From Antedon mediterranea (Eukaryota; Animalia; Echinodermata), in the NCBI RefSeq assembly GCF_964355755.1, contig NC_092676.1:17068871-17132870 (forward strand): DNA of 64,000 nt, read 5' to 3'. The notes under the pieces are model-generated. The model saw nothing but the letters and a program-made list of their open reading frames with translations, had not been told where the DNA came from and did not search any database. Within the stretch, counting starts at the first letter, position 1, and the number at the start of each line of letters is the position of its first letter. Positions 1 to 11,865 of the stretch are shown one piece after another. The position numbers were made by a program, and so were the translations under genes.

Positions 1-546
1 CCAGTTCTATTTGAATAGAAAAAACCATCCTTGCATAAGATAAGCATTGAATACATAGTTTAGTTGATGGCAAGACTGTCCTAAGACAATAGAAAATATA
101 GAGACATAGTAAAATTTACCGTCAATGAATCAATCATTTTCAGATCCAAAATTAAACATTACCCTTATTATTTTCCATTAAAAAGAAAGCAACGGATATT
201 TTAATATATTGCTTGCCTACTGAATAGTTCAATGCTCATAACCGGGTATGAGCTCCGAGATCAAAGCGTTTATCTGTTGCTGTGACACTATCAGTTCCAC
301 GCCCCTTAACAGACACCGCACACCGTGGAGAATATGTACATAGTACAGTACTGTTGGTATTTGTCGCTGCCAAACATAAGATCAAAGGACTGTAACGAGT
401 TGTTTTATTGCCTTAGTTAGAGCTATTTTACAGTAATATTTAAAAAGTTGTGCAGTGGGTGGTGCACTGAAGTAAATGTAATATTGTATGTGGCATAACA
501 CTCTATAGGTCTCAACTAGGAAAGATTAGTGGAAGTCACCTCTCAA

Positions 547-670
547 GCTCTGTTTATACTATTAAACTAGTGTGATAAGCCGAAATATAGTAGTGATATG
601 ACACTATGTCCATATATGGGCACATCATATTTTTTTTTCACATAAAATTTGATAGTGTAGACAGAGTTTT
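547..670. mobile_element. Short MITE-like element, family A (ends AGCTCTGTCTACACTATCAAACT...GTTTGATAGTGTAGACAGAGCT), degenerate copy
   Basis: Inverted termini 'agctctgtttatactattaaact' and 'tttgatagtgtagacagagt'. Internal 'gtccatatatgggcacatc' is shared, in opposite orientation, with the copy at 5879-6004. Confidence 0.7.
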
Positions 671-784
671 ACAACATGTTGGTTAAAAATTCATTCACAA
701 ATCTGAATATACCCCTAAAGAGATATTGTAAGCAGCCCCTAGTGCACATGTTGAGCACCTAACTAATTAATACACAAAGTTGTT

Positions 785-3700
785 TTAATCTTCAAACGTC
801 ATTCTTCCACCCCCCTTATTCTTCATATACCTTCTATACATTTTATATTTGCTATTATTTGCTAACTTTCTCTTTTCCTCTTCTACAAGTTCCTCTTTAA
901 GTACCTAAAAATATAATAGATAGATAGAACTTTACAATGAATGACAATTTACATATATATCACACCTTTAAAGACTTGCTGGTCTGCATATAAATATATC
1001 TTATTTGGGGTGGATTTTCTCATTATCACAGATGTTCTCTTCATTGTTTATAAATGATTAATTTAAAGTGCATCACTGATAGGTTTTAAGTTTCTTTAAA
1101 ATAAATTAATAGAAGGGATAGACGATGTATAGTAATGTACAGTACAAATTTCAGAATGGGTTTAAAAAAGAGAAGCTTTGCATATCAATTTGTATGCCAT
1201 TATGTTTATGGGGCATATTCAATAATGGTTAAATTTAGTATTAGCCCAGTTTAAAATGTTTAGTAAAAATCATTTCCAAAAGACTAGTTGAGCATCAAAA
1301 AGGTGTACATAACTTTACCTTAAAATTGTCTAATATCCAAGCTTCCCTCTCAAAATACACTTCTTTCTGTTCATCAGGAATAGCCTAGCAATAGAAAATA
1401 ATGTGATTAATGACTTTGAATTGATTATAACATAGGTTCATTGCAATACGTCCATCCTTTAAGATCTGTGATAGCTTTTCCTTATTTTATTGTCTTTAAT
1501 GCTGTGTTTGCCAACCAATTAAAATGTATTCATACAATGTCTGGGCTATGATCATACTGTATGATCAGTTTTATGTGTTTTCATTGGCAAATTATGAAAA
1601 TGAACAAAGCTTACGAGGACACCATTGGTACCCAACAAGGTTTCCCATTGATAGTGGTGTCCCCTGAATACGGGTTGGTCATAATGTTAAAAGATAATAT
1701 ATTTCACAGGAAAGTTTCCACTTTCTGACTTTAAAATAAATAAAAATAGGCTTACATCAAACTGCCCTTGTGATACTTTTAAGTGTCTCCTTATAAGGTA
1801 TTTCTTCTCCTCATCCCCGTATTCCACTTTCTTGATATTAAACCTCCAAATCCATCGTATATACCATACAATGTATTGATATATATAATATGGAAATATA
1901 AATAGTTGCACCCATAGTACATCCACAACACTTGGCTTGCAGTATACCCCTCTGTAGAAATAGTAAATGATAGAAATTGAGAAGGCATAATTACAAAAAA
2001 AAGATCTTTAGTTACAAAATGAAAGGGTTCCATTGATATGAGATAGGGACCATATAAAAATGATTCTACTGCAGTTACTTCAGTAACTACTTTTTGATTG
2101 CTATTTAACATTATTTATGCAAGAATATGTTGGGAATCATTATATTATTTTACTGTAATGACGACTCATAAACTATCATATAACAAATAAATTAAAACCA
2201 TATGTTATTGCAGTAAATGTAAATTTTACTGCAGTATAATAAGTATTAAAATATTTGTAATATTTATCCTACCGTATATCTGCGTTTTCTTCAACTATTT
2301 TTCTTAATATTTCATTTTCTTCTTCCTTTATTTCCTCCTGATTAAAAAATTAGAAAATCACTTGTTTATTTAAAAAGTATTATTATTATTGAATTGAAAT
2401 AATATACATTGATAAATTACAGTATGAAGCAAGTTGGATCAGCCCTACCTTTGTTCTTTTATCTTTCTTTTTTTGCTTTGATAGAAGTCCTTGTGATGAA
2501 GCCATTTCCATAGCTTTTAGTCTGTACTTCGGAACCATCATAATCTGACTGATTGCTTCATTGTAACGTGCCCACCAAACATAGTACTGAAAATGAATTG
2601 ATAATAAGATTTTTTAAGCGCACATATCCACACACCTTCTAAAAAATTAAAATAATAAAATGTGACAATGTTTAATTTAATTAAAATTTTAAGTGTGTTT
2701 AGCAGGAGAGCATTAATTACAATAATTTGTATTTTTGTATTCATGTATATTATAACTCACAGTAAATATTTTCCCTTTATTATGTTTAATTTGCACCCAG
2801 GTTTGCAATAAAAAAAGTATCTTAAAGAATATTAATATTTTTAAATGCTTTAACTTTTTATATGTAAAATACGAAAAAAAAAAAAAACAAAAACAAAAAA
2901 AAACCTTTAAGCTGCAGAGATAGTTTTCTAATGAAACAAAATTGATATAGATTATTGTAACAATTGTAAAGAATGAAATAAAAGTGAGTGAATCTCACAA
3001 AAGACAAAAAAAAAAAGTATCTTAAACATAACAGAAGATATTGTGTTGTATCATGTGCAATGTATCCTATCGTTTACTAAAAAAGTAGCTGAAAATTGTC
3101 ATGTTATTATTATATGGCCAATTCCGCGGTAAACATACTGACATTTTTTTGTATTCATATCAGTTTAAAAAAGGGTTAAATATATATAAAAGAAGTACAA
3201 ATCTAAACTCTGAGGTAAATTTATTTTTGAAACTTCCAAACACAATAAAATTGGCAAACTTCCAAAAATCAATATCTACAGTATAGTATACAATTTTACC
3301 AATATATATTACTACAATTTTATTGAATATATTTGATCAATCTTTGTGGTAACATATCCATTACGTGAAATAATGTATCAGGTTGATTAAAAAAAACTAA
3401 TTGCATATAATTACAATGCAAAAAATGTTTTAAACTGTACAGATGTTACATTTGAGTCGAATATTGTGGATTCAATCATATTGTTGATTTACTTGATCAA
3501 GAAGTTACAATTTCAATGTGCCATAGGGATGGCAAGGTCAAAATAATATTGTTGTCCATGTATGGTGCGAGTAGAACCATTACTTGTTTTTTATCAACTA
3601 CTACTACCATATTTGTCTGCATAAACCTTCCCAAATTGTCTTGATGGTATAGATGTGACTCTGAATTTCGTTTTTTGAATGAAAAATGTTCAGCAAAATC

Positions 3701-6700
3701 AACTTGCAACACGGCATACTTTTGACTGGCCTGCTGTTTCTCATTATAAATGTGTGGAGGCAGAATGGTTGGCGTTTTCTTCCATCAGGCTTTGTATCAA
3801 GTCATTGAGAGTTCCTTCAGCGCACACCTTTTCTGCGTGCCCATCTTTAGTGGTCCAATGTAAACATTTCAAATCCTTTTCTTTGACATGATCATCAAAG
3901 CTGTACAAGTCTTTGCCTTTTGATCACATTCATCTCATTCCCTTAACATCAATCCTTTACTCTGGTCACATGTTATTGTTTCAAGAAATTCTCTAAATTT
4001 GGTAGGTATATTTTCTTGCGTCTCTTTTTTTACAGCCTCGAGTACCAACTGAAAGTTCTCATGATATCTGCACATGCATTGATTGTGAGGAAAGGCTCCT
4101 GTAACACTAACATGGCTAGGACGCAACTGGCAACATTTTGAAAGCCCAATCTCGATGTTAGGATTCTCATTCATGAATGATATTGATAGCACTCTTTAAG
4201 GGACATTACCAAGAAACGTTTTTGGACTGGCATCTTGTCTGCCAACACAAAGTCCTTTCTGTTAGCACTTTGCCAAGATATGTCATCTCTTATGTAGAAA
4301 TCTCAGCTTTAACTGCAACATCTAAAATGCTATTTCCATTAAATTCTGGTCGGTGTCCATCATCATCAATTATATACTTCTTTGAAAGTCTTCTCATATA
4401 TCTACTTCTTTGTTTAGGAGTAGGAGGTAAAGTTTTTTCAGTCCGTTTCTCCATTTGTTCCATAACTTGTTTTGATACACCTATATTCTCGGCAGCCTTT
4501 GCTCTTTCTCTACTCTTTCTCTTATACTCTCTTTCAGTTTTTAAATACTTCTTTCGTTCTTTGATTGTCATATTCTCTCTCTTTTCTCGTTTTCGTTTCT
4601 TCTCTCGCTTTTTCACTTCATCATATTTTCCTTCCTCCTGTAAGCGTTTTCGATAACGCGCCATCTTTTCTTTAGGTGTTAACGGCATAATGAATAATTA
4701 CTTAGCATAGCATAAATAAGAAATCTGTCCTGAATGAAATTCAGGTGACAAGTGGGCAAATTAAATGTTACTGACTTTTAATAATCACTTTCAAGCAGTC
4801 ACATGATGTATTAGACCAATAAGAATTAGTGTTAGTTGTATTATTTTGTATTTTTTGTATTTTGTATTAATATTTGTCCTCGGTGAGGAAATTCGGATTA
4901 GGCCCTCCACGGACCCACGGCAGCCAGCAGTGCAGCGCCTACCAGATTAGGCAATGAGAGTAAAGCATCTTGCCTAAGGATGCAATTAGTATGGTACAGA
5001 TAACCTCGAACCCATGCCTATCACATGCTAGTCCGATATTACCATTACACCATCACTCTCCAGTATATACAGCACCCGCCACGATTTCTAGACGGTCTCC
5101 CATCCAGAACGCAACCGGGCCCAACGTTGCTTAACTTCGGTGATCTGACGAGAACCGGTGTTTCAACGCAGTATGGCCGTATATTATTATTATTCAAATC
5201 ACTGTTATTTCCCTTATTGTTATTAAAGGCGTCGTCAAAATCTACAGTAATTGTCTTTTTGTGTTTGTTGGGTATTTGCAGTACACCATTCCCAGGAAGC
5301 TTGTCTTTTGTTATATATTTTGATTATTGATTATAAAGCATATTGAAATAAACCAGGGAGATGTAAAATAATTTATTTTACATTTACCTGAATAAACTTA
5401 CTGTGAAAATGCTGGCTATAACTTACTGTAATAATATTTTAAATGGAAATATGTCTGTATATTATAAATATTGTTTATTACTTAAATATCCTAAAAGTAT
5501 ATAACATTATTTTTAGTTTGATGTCAAACATAAGATTGCTGAAAGTTGAACATTTTAAAAATTAAAAACAAATCGTGGAATTGACCATATGTCAAATATT
5601 TTGTAGATCATTTTCAACTATGATTTGTTTAGTTTTTAGATGTTTCAATATAGAAAACAATACTGTTTTGGTTAAATATGTCAAATAATTATATTTTTAA
5701 AATTATCCGAACTACCCCAATCCCTGGTTCAAATCCTGTTGCATGTCAGGATTTGTTCTCAAGACAAGACAACTGCACTCCCAAAGACTTGTGTGTGTGT
5801 GTGTGTGTGTATGACAGAATAATGTACTGTATTGTATGTACAGTGAGCAAATTTAATATTGAAAAACCTTGTGCCTAAAGCTCTGTCTACACTATCAAAC
5901 TGTATGTGATGTGCCCATATATGGACATGATGACATCATAACACTATGATATTTAGGCACATCAAACTTTTTTGTCAAACTAGTTTGATAGTGTAGACAG
6001 AACTTAAATTTAAAAATAATATTAATACTGCTTACCTGAATTAAGGAAACAACTGTAATTGTTACAGTAACAACAATCTTGGGGTCAACTTTTGGAACGA
6101 CCTTTCGCCTATAGTACCGGTAATAATTTCTGTACAGCTCATCTGAAAAAAAAAACTTTAAAAAGTATTTATTATTCTTTGTTTATTTAAAAATATAGTG
6201 TACTAAAAATGGTTTTTGAAATGTGTCCTTTATAAGTTTGTAACACTTCTATTTATCACAATAGGATCATCTAATTATACTGGATTAACTAACATATTAT
6301 GTTAGTAAAAATTATAAATACCATATAGTGTTTAGATAATCTTAATCCTACCTGGATTATCCAACATATAATCATAATCTTGTCTGGAATCTTCTTCCTT
6401 AAGGATTTCATATGCATTGCTTATGGAAATAAATTTCTTTTCTCCATCTTTTCCCTGAAAAATTATACAAATTTTAGTTTATATTTTATATCATAATTAG
6501 TAGATTTGCAGCTTGGTGATTAACATGTTTTCCAAGGTCCTGGGTACGATCCTGATCTAGAGTCAAGATTGTAAACTGTTTTTATTCTACTACACTCACC
6601 AAGCCTCAAAGGAGATATAGTTTATAAGCATCATTATTTATCCATCTTGCAGTGTTGGTAAGTTACTGTTAGATGTGTTAATAGAAACTGCATGCCATTT

Positions 6701-9208
6701 TATGTATGTCCAGTATCTTTCACTCTGTTAAAAGTTCATTTTTAAGTATTCCTTGGTTGATATTATACAGATATTGCCTGCTTAGAGGTAAAATATAAGA
6801 TTTGACAAATCTTATATTTTACCGATATAAAAGGCGATATCGGTAAAATATAAGATTTGACAAATCTTATATTTTACCGATATAAAAGGCGATATCTAAT
6901 ATATAGCCAACAACAAGTAGAATATCTGCTGGGTCGGGTAGCTAGGCCTCCTTTTTGTATTGTATGTGTAAACAAACCTGCCTAGACACCTTACCTTGCA
7001 AAGAATAATATACAGATAATTACAAATTAATGATTTCTTGGCAATAAAATAATCACTAGCCTAGGTTGTTTAAATAATAACAGAAGAATTTCCACCAATA
7101 AGCCTACATTAATAATACGGTAATATTATTATCAGGTAGGCCGAATAAATAATAATTTGTCTTCTTCAAGCCGAATCACCGGATTTTTGCCGCGCCGCAC
7201 GCGTACCGAGTTGCTACTGTGAGTATTAACCAATCACAAATGGTCTTTCAACACATCTAGGGAGGACTAATAACAAAGAGGGTGCTATGCATGCATAGTT
7301 TAAATAGTTTAGTTGATTAATTTCTTCAAGCAAGTTCAGTGCATGAAGCGTTGTCTTGCGATGGAGTGACATTTTCATCGCAAGTTCAAGTCCCAGTAGA
7401 TGACTTTTATTTATCGCCAAACGTGAGTGTTGCCACACGAAAATTACACAGCCAATATCATCATACTCGAGAATTTGTTGGATTTTACAGGGACACGATA
7501 ATTACGCAAAAATTACTCAGTCAATATCATCGTACTTGAGGATATATACGATTTAAAATCCTCGCAGCGGTAGTCATGATGATGCAGTTTCAACCGTTCA
7601 CGTATTTACATAGGCTATGTATAATTGCTTAATTTACAACCAATATTAAATTCATTTCACCTTATATTTATCAGGATGGTAAACTCTTGCTAAACGTCTG
7701 TAACTCTTACTGATTTCTCCCTAAATATAGAAATGAAACATATAGCTATTTACAGATTGAGAGCTGTAACATGTGATATACTATTTCTACCAGTGTATAA
7801 TACATAATTATACTGTATACAAATAATTGTTACTGTATTTTATCACTTCTTGAGACCAATTGTGTTTTTTTTATATATAGTCGGTATTTATTTGATTATA
7901 TACCATATTACACCAAAAAATAACCGCCTCCCTCAAATAAACTATAAGCCCTCCTGAACAACCTTCCACCCAGGGCGATTTGAATAAATATGGTAAGTAT
8001 TTGGGCATGCCCAGTTACTACCAGCCACCTAGGACCCCTGGCTAAGTACTGTACTGTAGGTTTCTATTGAATGAGGCAAAATAAATTTTAGTATAATACT
8101 GCAGTAGGTCTACTTACTTTTGTTGCATCCCTTGAGATATTCAGAACTGAAGAAAAAATTGTTTAAAAAAAACAGAGATTTAGTTTACTTTTTACGAGTA
8201 AGGATAATTGCAAGACAGCTTTTTTTTAAAAATATAATTAGATTTCTTAGGTTATTTTGTTTTTGACTGAAATTTTTAATTTAGTATATTTAACAAAAGG
8301 GATACATATTATTAAATCAAATTTGACTTTTAAAAATGTTAATTTTGTGGTAATGAAATGCAGAAAGATTATAAATCATTTTGATGAAAAAAATAATGTG
8401 AAAAACATTTCTTATATATTTTGCAATTTCTTTTTTAATATTTTATTTAATCTTTGAAAGTGTAACATAGTTTTTAATTGAATTTCTCTAGGTAAAGCAA
8501 TTTATTTTACAATTGGTTTCAAAAGTGAATTAACAAAATGTTATCAAATGTAATCATTTTCACTCATCAATTCCTTTATTTTTTATATCAGTTTTGTTGT
8601 AATTTTTAAACTTTGTAATAATGAAACTTATGCCAACTTGCAATATGTTTGTTATACCTGAATAAACTATAAATAAATAAAAATTCATTTTGCATACAGT
8701 ACATTACTATTTATATCTTCTCAATTTGCATACTGTACACCTGTACCAGTATACTTCAAATGTTAACTTGATTGATTAGCCTACAGTAAGTTGCTAAAAT
8801 CATAATAATTGAGAACCTTTAAAAGTCAGTTGATTGAAGATATGATAGAATTAGAATCTACAGTAGACTAGGGTGGGTCTGTAGGCCTGGAGCTGGTGAG
8901 ATTTAGGTGCAATAATGCAAAAAAATAAGGTAATTTCACCATCACACATTTATAACAAATTGGTCGTATATGGAGGCTAGCACGAGAATGGACGAACCGA
9001 CTTTAATGAGACATACAGTGTCAGCGAACAGCAATAATCGCCACAATACTAGCCTAGCTAGGCCTACCAGAGACACGCACTGCATGTTCATAATAAATAC
9101 ATTATGCCTACCGTCATAACAGTTCTGTTTCCCACAATATAAGCCTTCAATAAGTGAATCACACCCTTGTATAAAACAGAGAAAGATAAATACGCTCCTC
9201 AGTCCCAT
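785..9208 (-). CDS. DNAJC25: DnaJ homolog subfamily C member 25 (spliced, 10 coding exons)
   Basis: Exons joined by GT/AG and frame: 9208-9112, 8146-8118, 7720-7661, 6454-6352, 6142-6036, 2586-2449, 2337-2273, 1951-1756, 1384-1319, 904-785. Protein: signal-like N-terminus, LIEGLYCGKQNCYDVL, J-domain with HPD (LARVYHPDKYK), DYMLDNPDELYRNYYRYYRRK, a TM segment, and C-terminal KMYRRYMKNKGGGRMTFED*, all typical of DNAJC25. Confidence 0.95.
3497..4688 (-). pseudogene. Degenerate DNA-transposon transposase (Sola2-like) in DNAJC25 intron 5
   Basis: Three collinear frameshifted ORFs (4688-4290, 4192-3935, 3712-3497): basic N-terminus, 'F..NP.IEIGLSK..QLRP', 'CMCRYHENF', 'LQVDFAE'. The CxCxxHEN...DFAE arrangement is one I associate with Sola2-type transposases; the superfamily call is from memory. 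Confidence 0.6.
4835..5183 (-). mobile_element. Chimeric 5S rRNA/tRNA-headed SINE, copy lacking the central Deu core
   Basis: Reverse complement gives a 5S-like head (about 5183-5064), a tRNA-like part with A box TGGTGTAATGG and B box GGTTCGAGG, a body, and an (ATACAAA)n-like tail. Nearly identical to 44976-45415 except for a 109-bp internal gap. Confidence 0.9.
5879..6004. mobile_element. MITE family A copy
   Basis: TIRs 'agctctgtctacactatcaaact' / 'agtttgatagtgtagacagaact', flanked by taa/tta. Confidence 0.8.
6787..6896. repeat. Two exact tandem copies of a 55-bp unit containing a perfect 18-bp-arm palindrome
   Basis: ggtaaaatataagatttg-a-caaatcttatattttacc-gatataaaaggcgatatc occurs at 6787 and again at 6842. 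Confidence 0.95.
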
Positions 9209-9363
9209 TTTATTTTTGATATTTTGTAGTTTTTACGGACACATTTTGTTCACTCGCGACATGGACGATCGACACATCATCATCGACAAAAAAAGCAACA
9301 TTTGCTGCCGGCGGTTCATACACTAACAAAGCGTTAACCTTTAATGGAATGCGTTAGTGGTTG

Positions 9364-9642
9364 CAGATTTGAAATCATTTTATAATACAGTACTGTATAA
9401 TATTATTTAGAATAGTTTTCAAAACTTTCTTTCAGTCGCAACATGCTGCTTTTTAATTTTAACATATCCCTCCTCATCGGAATTCTAAACATTCTTTCTG
9501 GAAACAGATTTGAAATCATTTTATAATACAGTACTGTATAATATTTAGAATAGTTTTCAAAACTTTCTTTCAGTCGCAACATGCTGCTTTTTAATTTTAA
9601 CATATCCCTCCTCATCGGAATTCTAAACATTCTTTCTGGAAA
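9364..9642. repeat. Near-perfect tandem duplication of about 140 bp upstream of DNAJC25
   Basis: 'cagatttgaaatcatttt...ttctttctggaaa' starts at 9364 and at 9505; the copies differ by a 3-bp indel. Confidence 0.95.
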
Positions 9643-10801
9643 CATGCAAGACTTTTGAACTCAATTTTTCTCAAAGGTGTTAGACAGGAAAATTCATTAA
9701 TGCATATTTGGCCTCCTAGTACCGAAACAAAATATTACAATTAACAAATCAAAAACAATATGTTTTATTCTCTCACTCTGTATTTAATACATCAAACCTT
9801 TGCAGCAGTGGTCAACACTATTTCAACTGAGTATATATAATATATATACAACAGTACAATGCAATAATTAAATTATTGCACTGTAATGCATTTCATTGAG
9901 TTGTAGAAATCATTCATTATGTAAAACAATTTTCTTTGCTCATATTACAATATCAAAGTCTAGTATGTATATTTGTATAAATTAGTTTAACCGACTGCAA
10001 AATTTAAAAGCGAAAAATTGACGATATTACATAATGGCGTAACAGCTATGAGTGCACACTGGCTAAATCCAGGGCCACTAGAGTTAAAGGGACAGAGCAT
10101 GAGTGGTCCAATAAACCAGCCCCTTAGGAGTGTTAAAAATGTTTTCTGTGTTATTTCACTGCGATTGGCATTGGCACATGCAACGACTGGTTAGTTGCCA
10201 GGTAATACTATAGTTTGCAACTTTTTGTAAATACATTTATGTCTGTAATATCAACCTTTTTACTAAATGATTATTTCATAACCCAAATTAAACAATACAC
10301 TGTACATCTAAGGTACTACCAATCCTGTAATTAAAGTACTGTACTACAGTGTTATTACTACAGATTATCTAAATAAATCAAAAGCCTATCATAATATTGG
10401 TTTTTAATTGGAAATACAGTATTTAGATTTGGTACATCTCAAGATTAGTTCCTACTTGGACGCAACACAATGACGTACAGTAAACACAGCACAAGTAATG
10501 TGACCAATCATGACGTGATCGATCATCCAAACTTGATTGTTGGACAACTCAATTGTGTTGCACAACTTTGTTTCGTCCTTACAGTTTTACCACTCAGTTA
10601 GATTCAATTATTTAAATTGTTCAGGGATTTGACCAAAAAAAAAAAAATTTCCTTATTACTAGATCACATATAGTAATTATATACCTACTACAGTAATAGA
10701 CATATTTCCCCAAACAAATGTGTCTATCACAATGCATGCACTACCATGCTTTAGAACAATAGACAAACTGAACAATATAAATCTGTTAAATAGACATTTA
10801 A

Positions 10802-11380
10802 AGGCCAGGTGCGGGCAAAAAATTTCTATTGATCATACATTTCAATAATTATCGATCTATAGTTTCCCCTATATTTCATAATTTTTGGGATTTTATTTGT
10901 GTTACACGAACTTGTTGAAAATAAGCACTTTCTTATCAGTGGGGGGATAGTTCAAATTACACAGTAAAATCTCTATTCTTTTGTACACAAAGGCATTTTA
11001 AAAAGCTATGAAAAATAAATGGTGTGGTAAAAAATGTTATCAGATGACTAAATATAGGTAATATAACTTGAATATTACATTTCTGATATTTTTATTCAAC
11101 TTCAGATTTTTATTTTCATGCTATAGCAAAAATTATCCACCGTATATCCACCATCTTTTTTCACCATCTAGGGAGTCACCAGACATGTTATTACATTAGG
11201 TTAACTACCTAACTACTGAAAAAAAGTCTTCCTGGTTTTTATGGAAGAATTTTGGCAAATTTTGTATTTGACCAAATTAAGGGAAATTCATGTTTTTTCG
11301 TCTCGATTTCTGTTACAAATATTTGATTTATGTACAATTAACCAAATATTATATTTAAAATTCATGCCTGTACCTGAGCT
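10802..11380. mobile_element. Non-autonomous DNA transposon with TTAA target duplication (Kolobok-like)
   Basis: TTAA|aggccaggtgcgggca ... tgcctgtacctgagct|TTAA; imperfect 16-bp TIRs with AG...CT ends. Confidence 0.6.
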
Positions 11381-11865
11381 TTAATAGCTGACAGTCAGAT
11401 ATACTATACAAGTTTCCTTTAAAAGAAAACCTCAAAACCTAATTATTACATCATGTGTATACCAATATATTGCCATTTCTGTATCATAATTTTCATCAAC
11501 AATTGCATATTATAATACATAAATCATCCACATGAACACAAAGGAGCTATACTGTATATATTAAATATGAATATAAACACCTTTGTGGGTCCCAAGCTAA
11601 GTTTATAAAATGTAAATCCTGTATGCATTTTAATGTGTACATATTTTACTGTACTGTGTATTTTACTTTGTGTTTTAACATTTTACTGATTTTATTCTAT
11701 TTTTATATTATGTTGCCATGAGAAAAACCAATTTCAAATTCAAATTGTTCGTTGATGAACTATTTGACAATAAGGTTATCTTGTATCTTGTTGTTTTACC
11801 AGGCAAGAGTGAATTCTTTCCTGGTTTTACTAAATCAGATCATAGTTCTAATCGTCTTTAATTCT

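Noticed and set aside
7441-7540. Two ~32-bp direct repeats separated by ~36 bp, superficially CRISPR-like
   Set aside because: Only two imperfect copies, in a eukaryotic intron with no cas genes; better explained as an old tandem duplication.
9403-9645. 80-aa internally repeated ORF
   Set aside because: Produced by the ~140-bp tandem duplication; no family resemblance.
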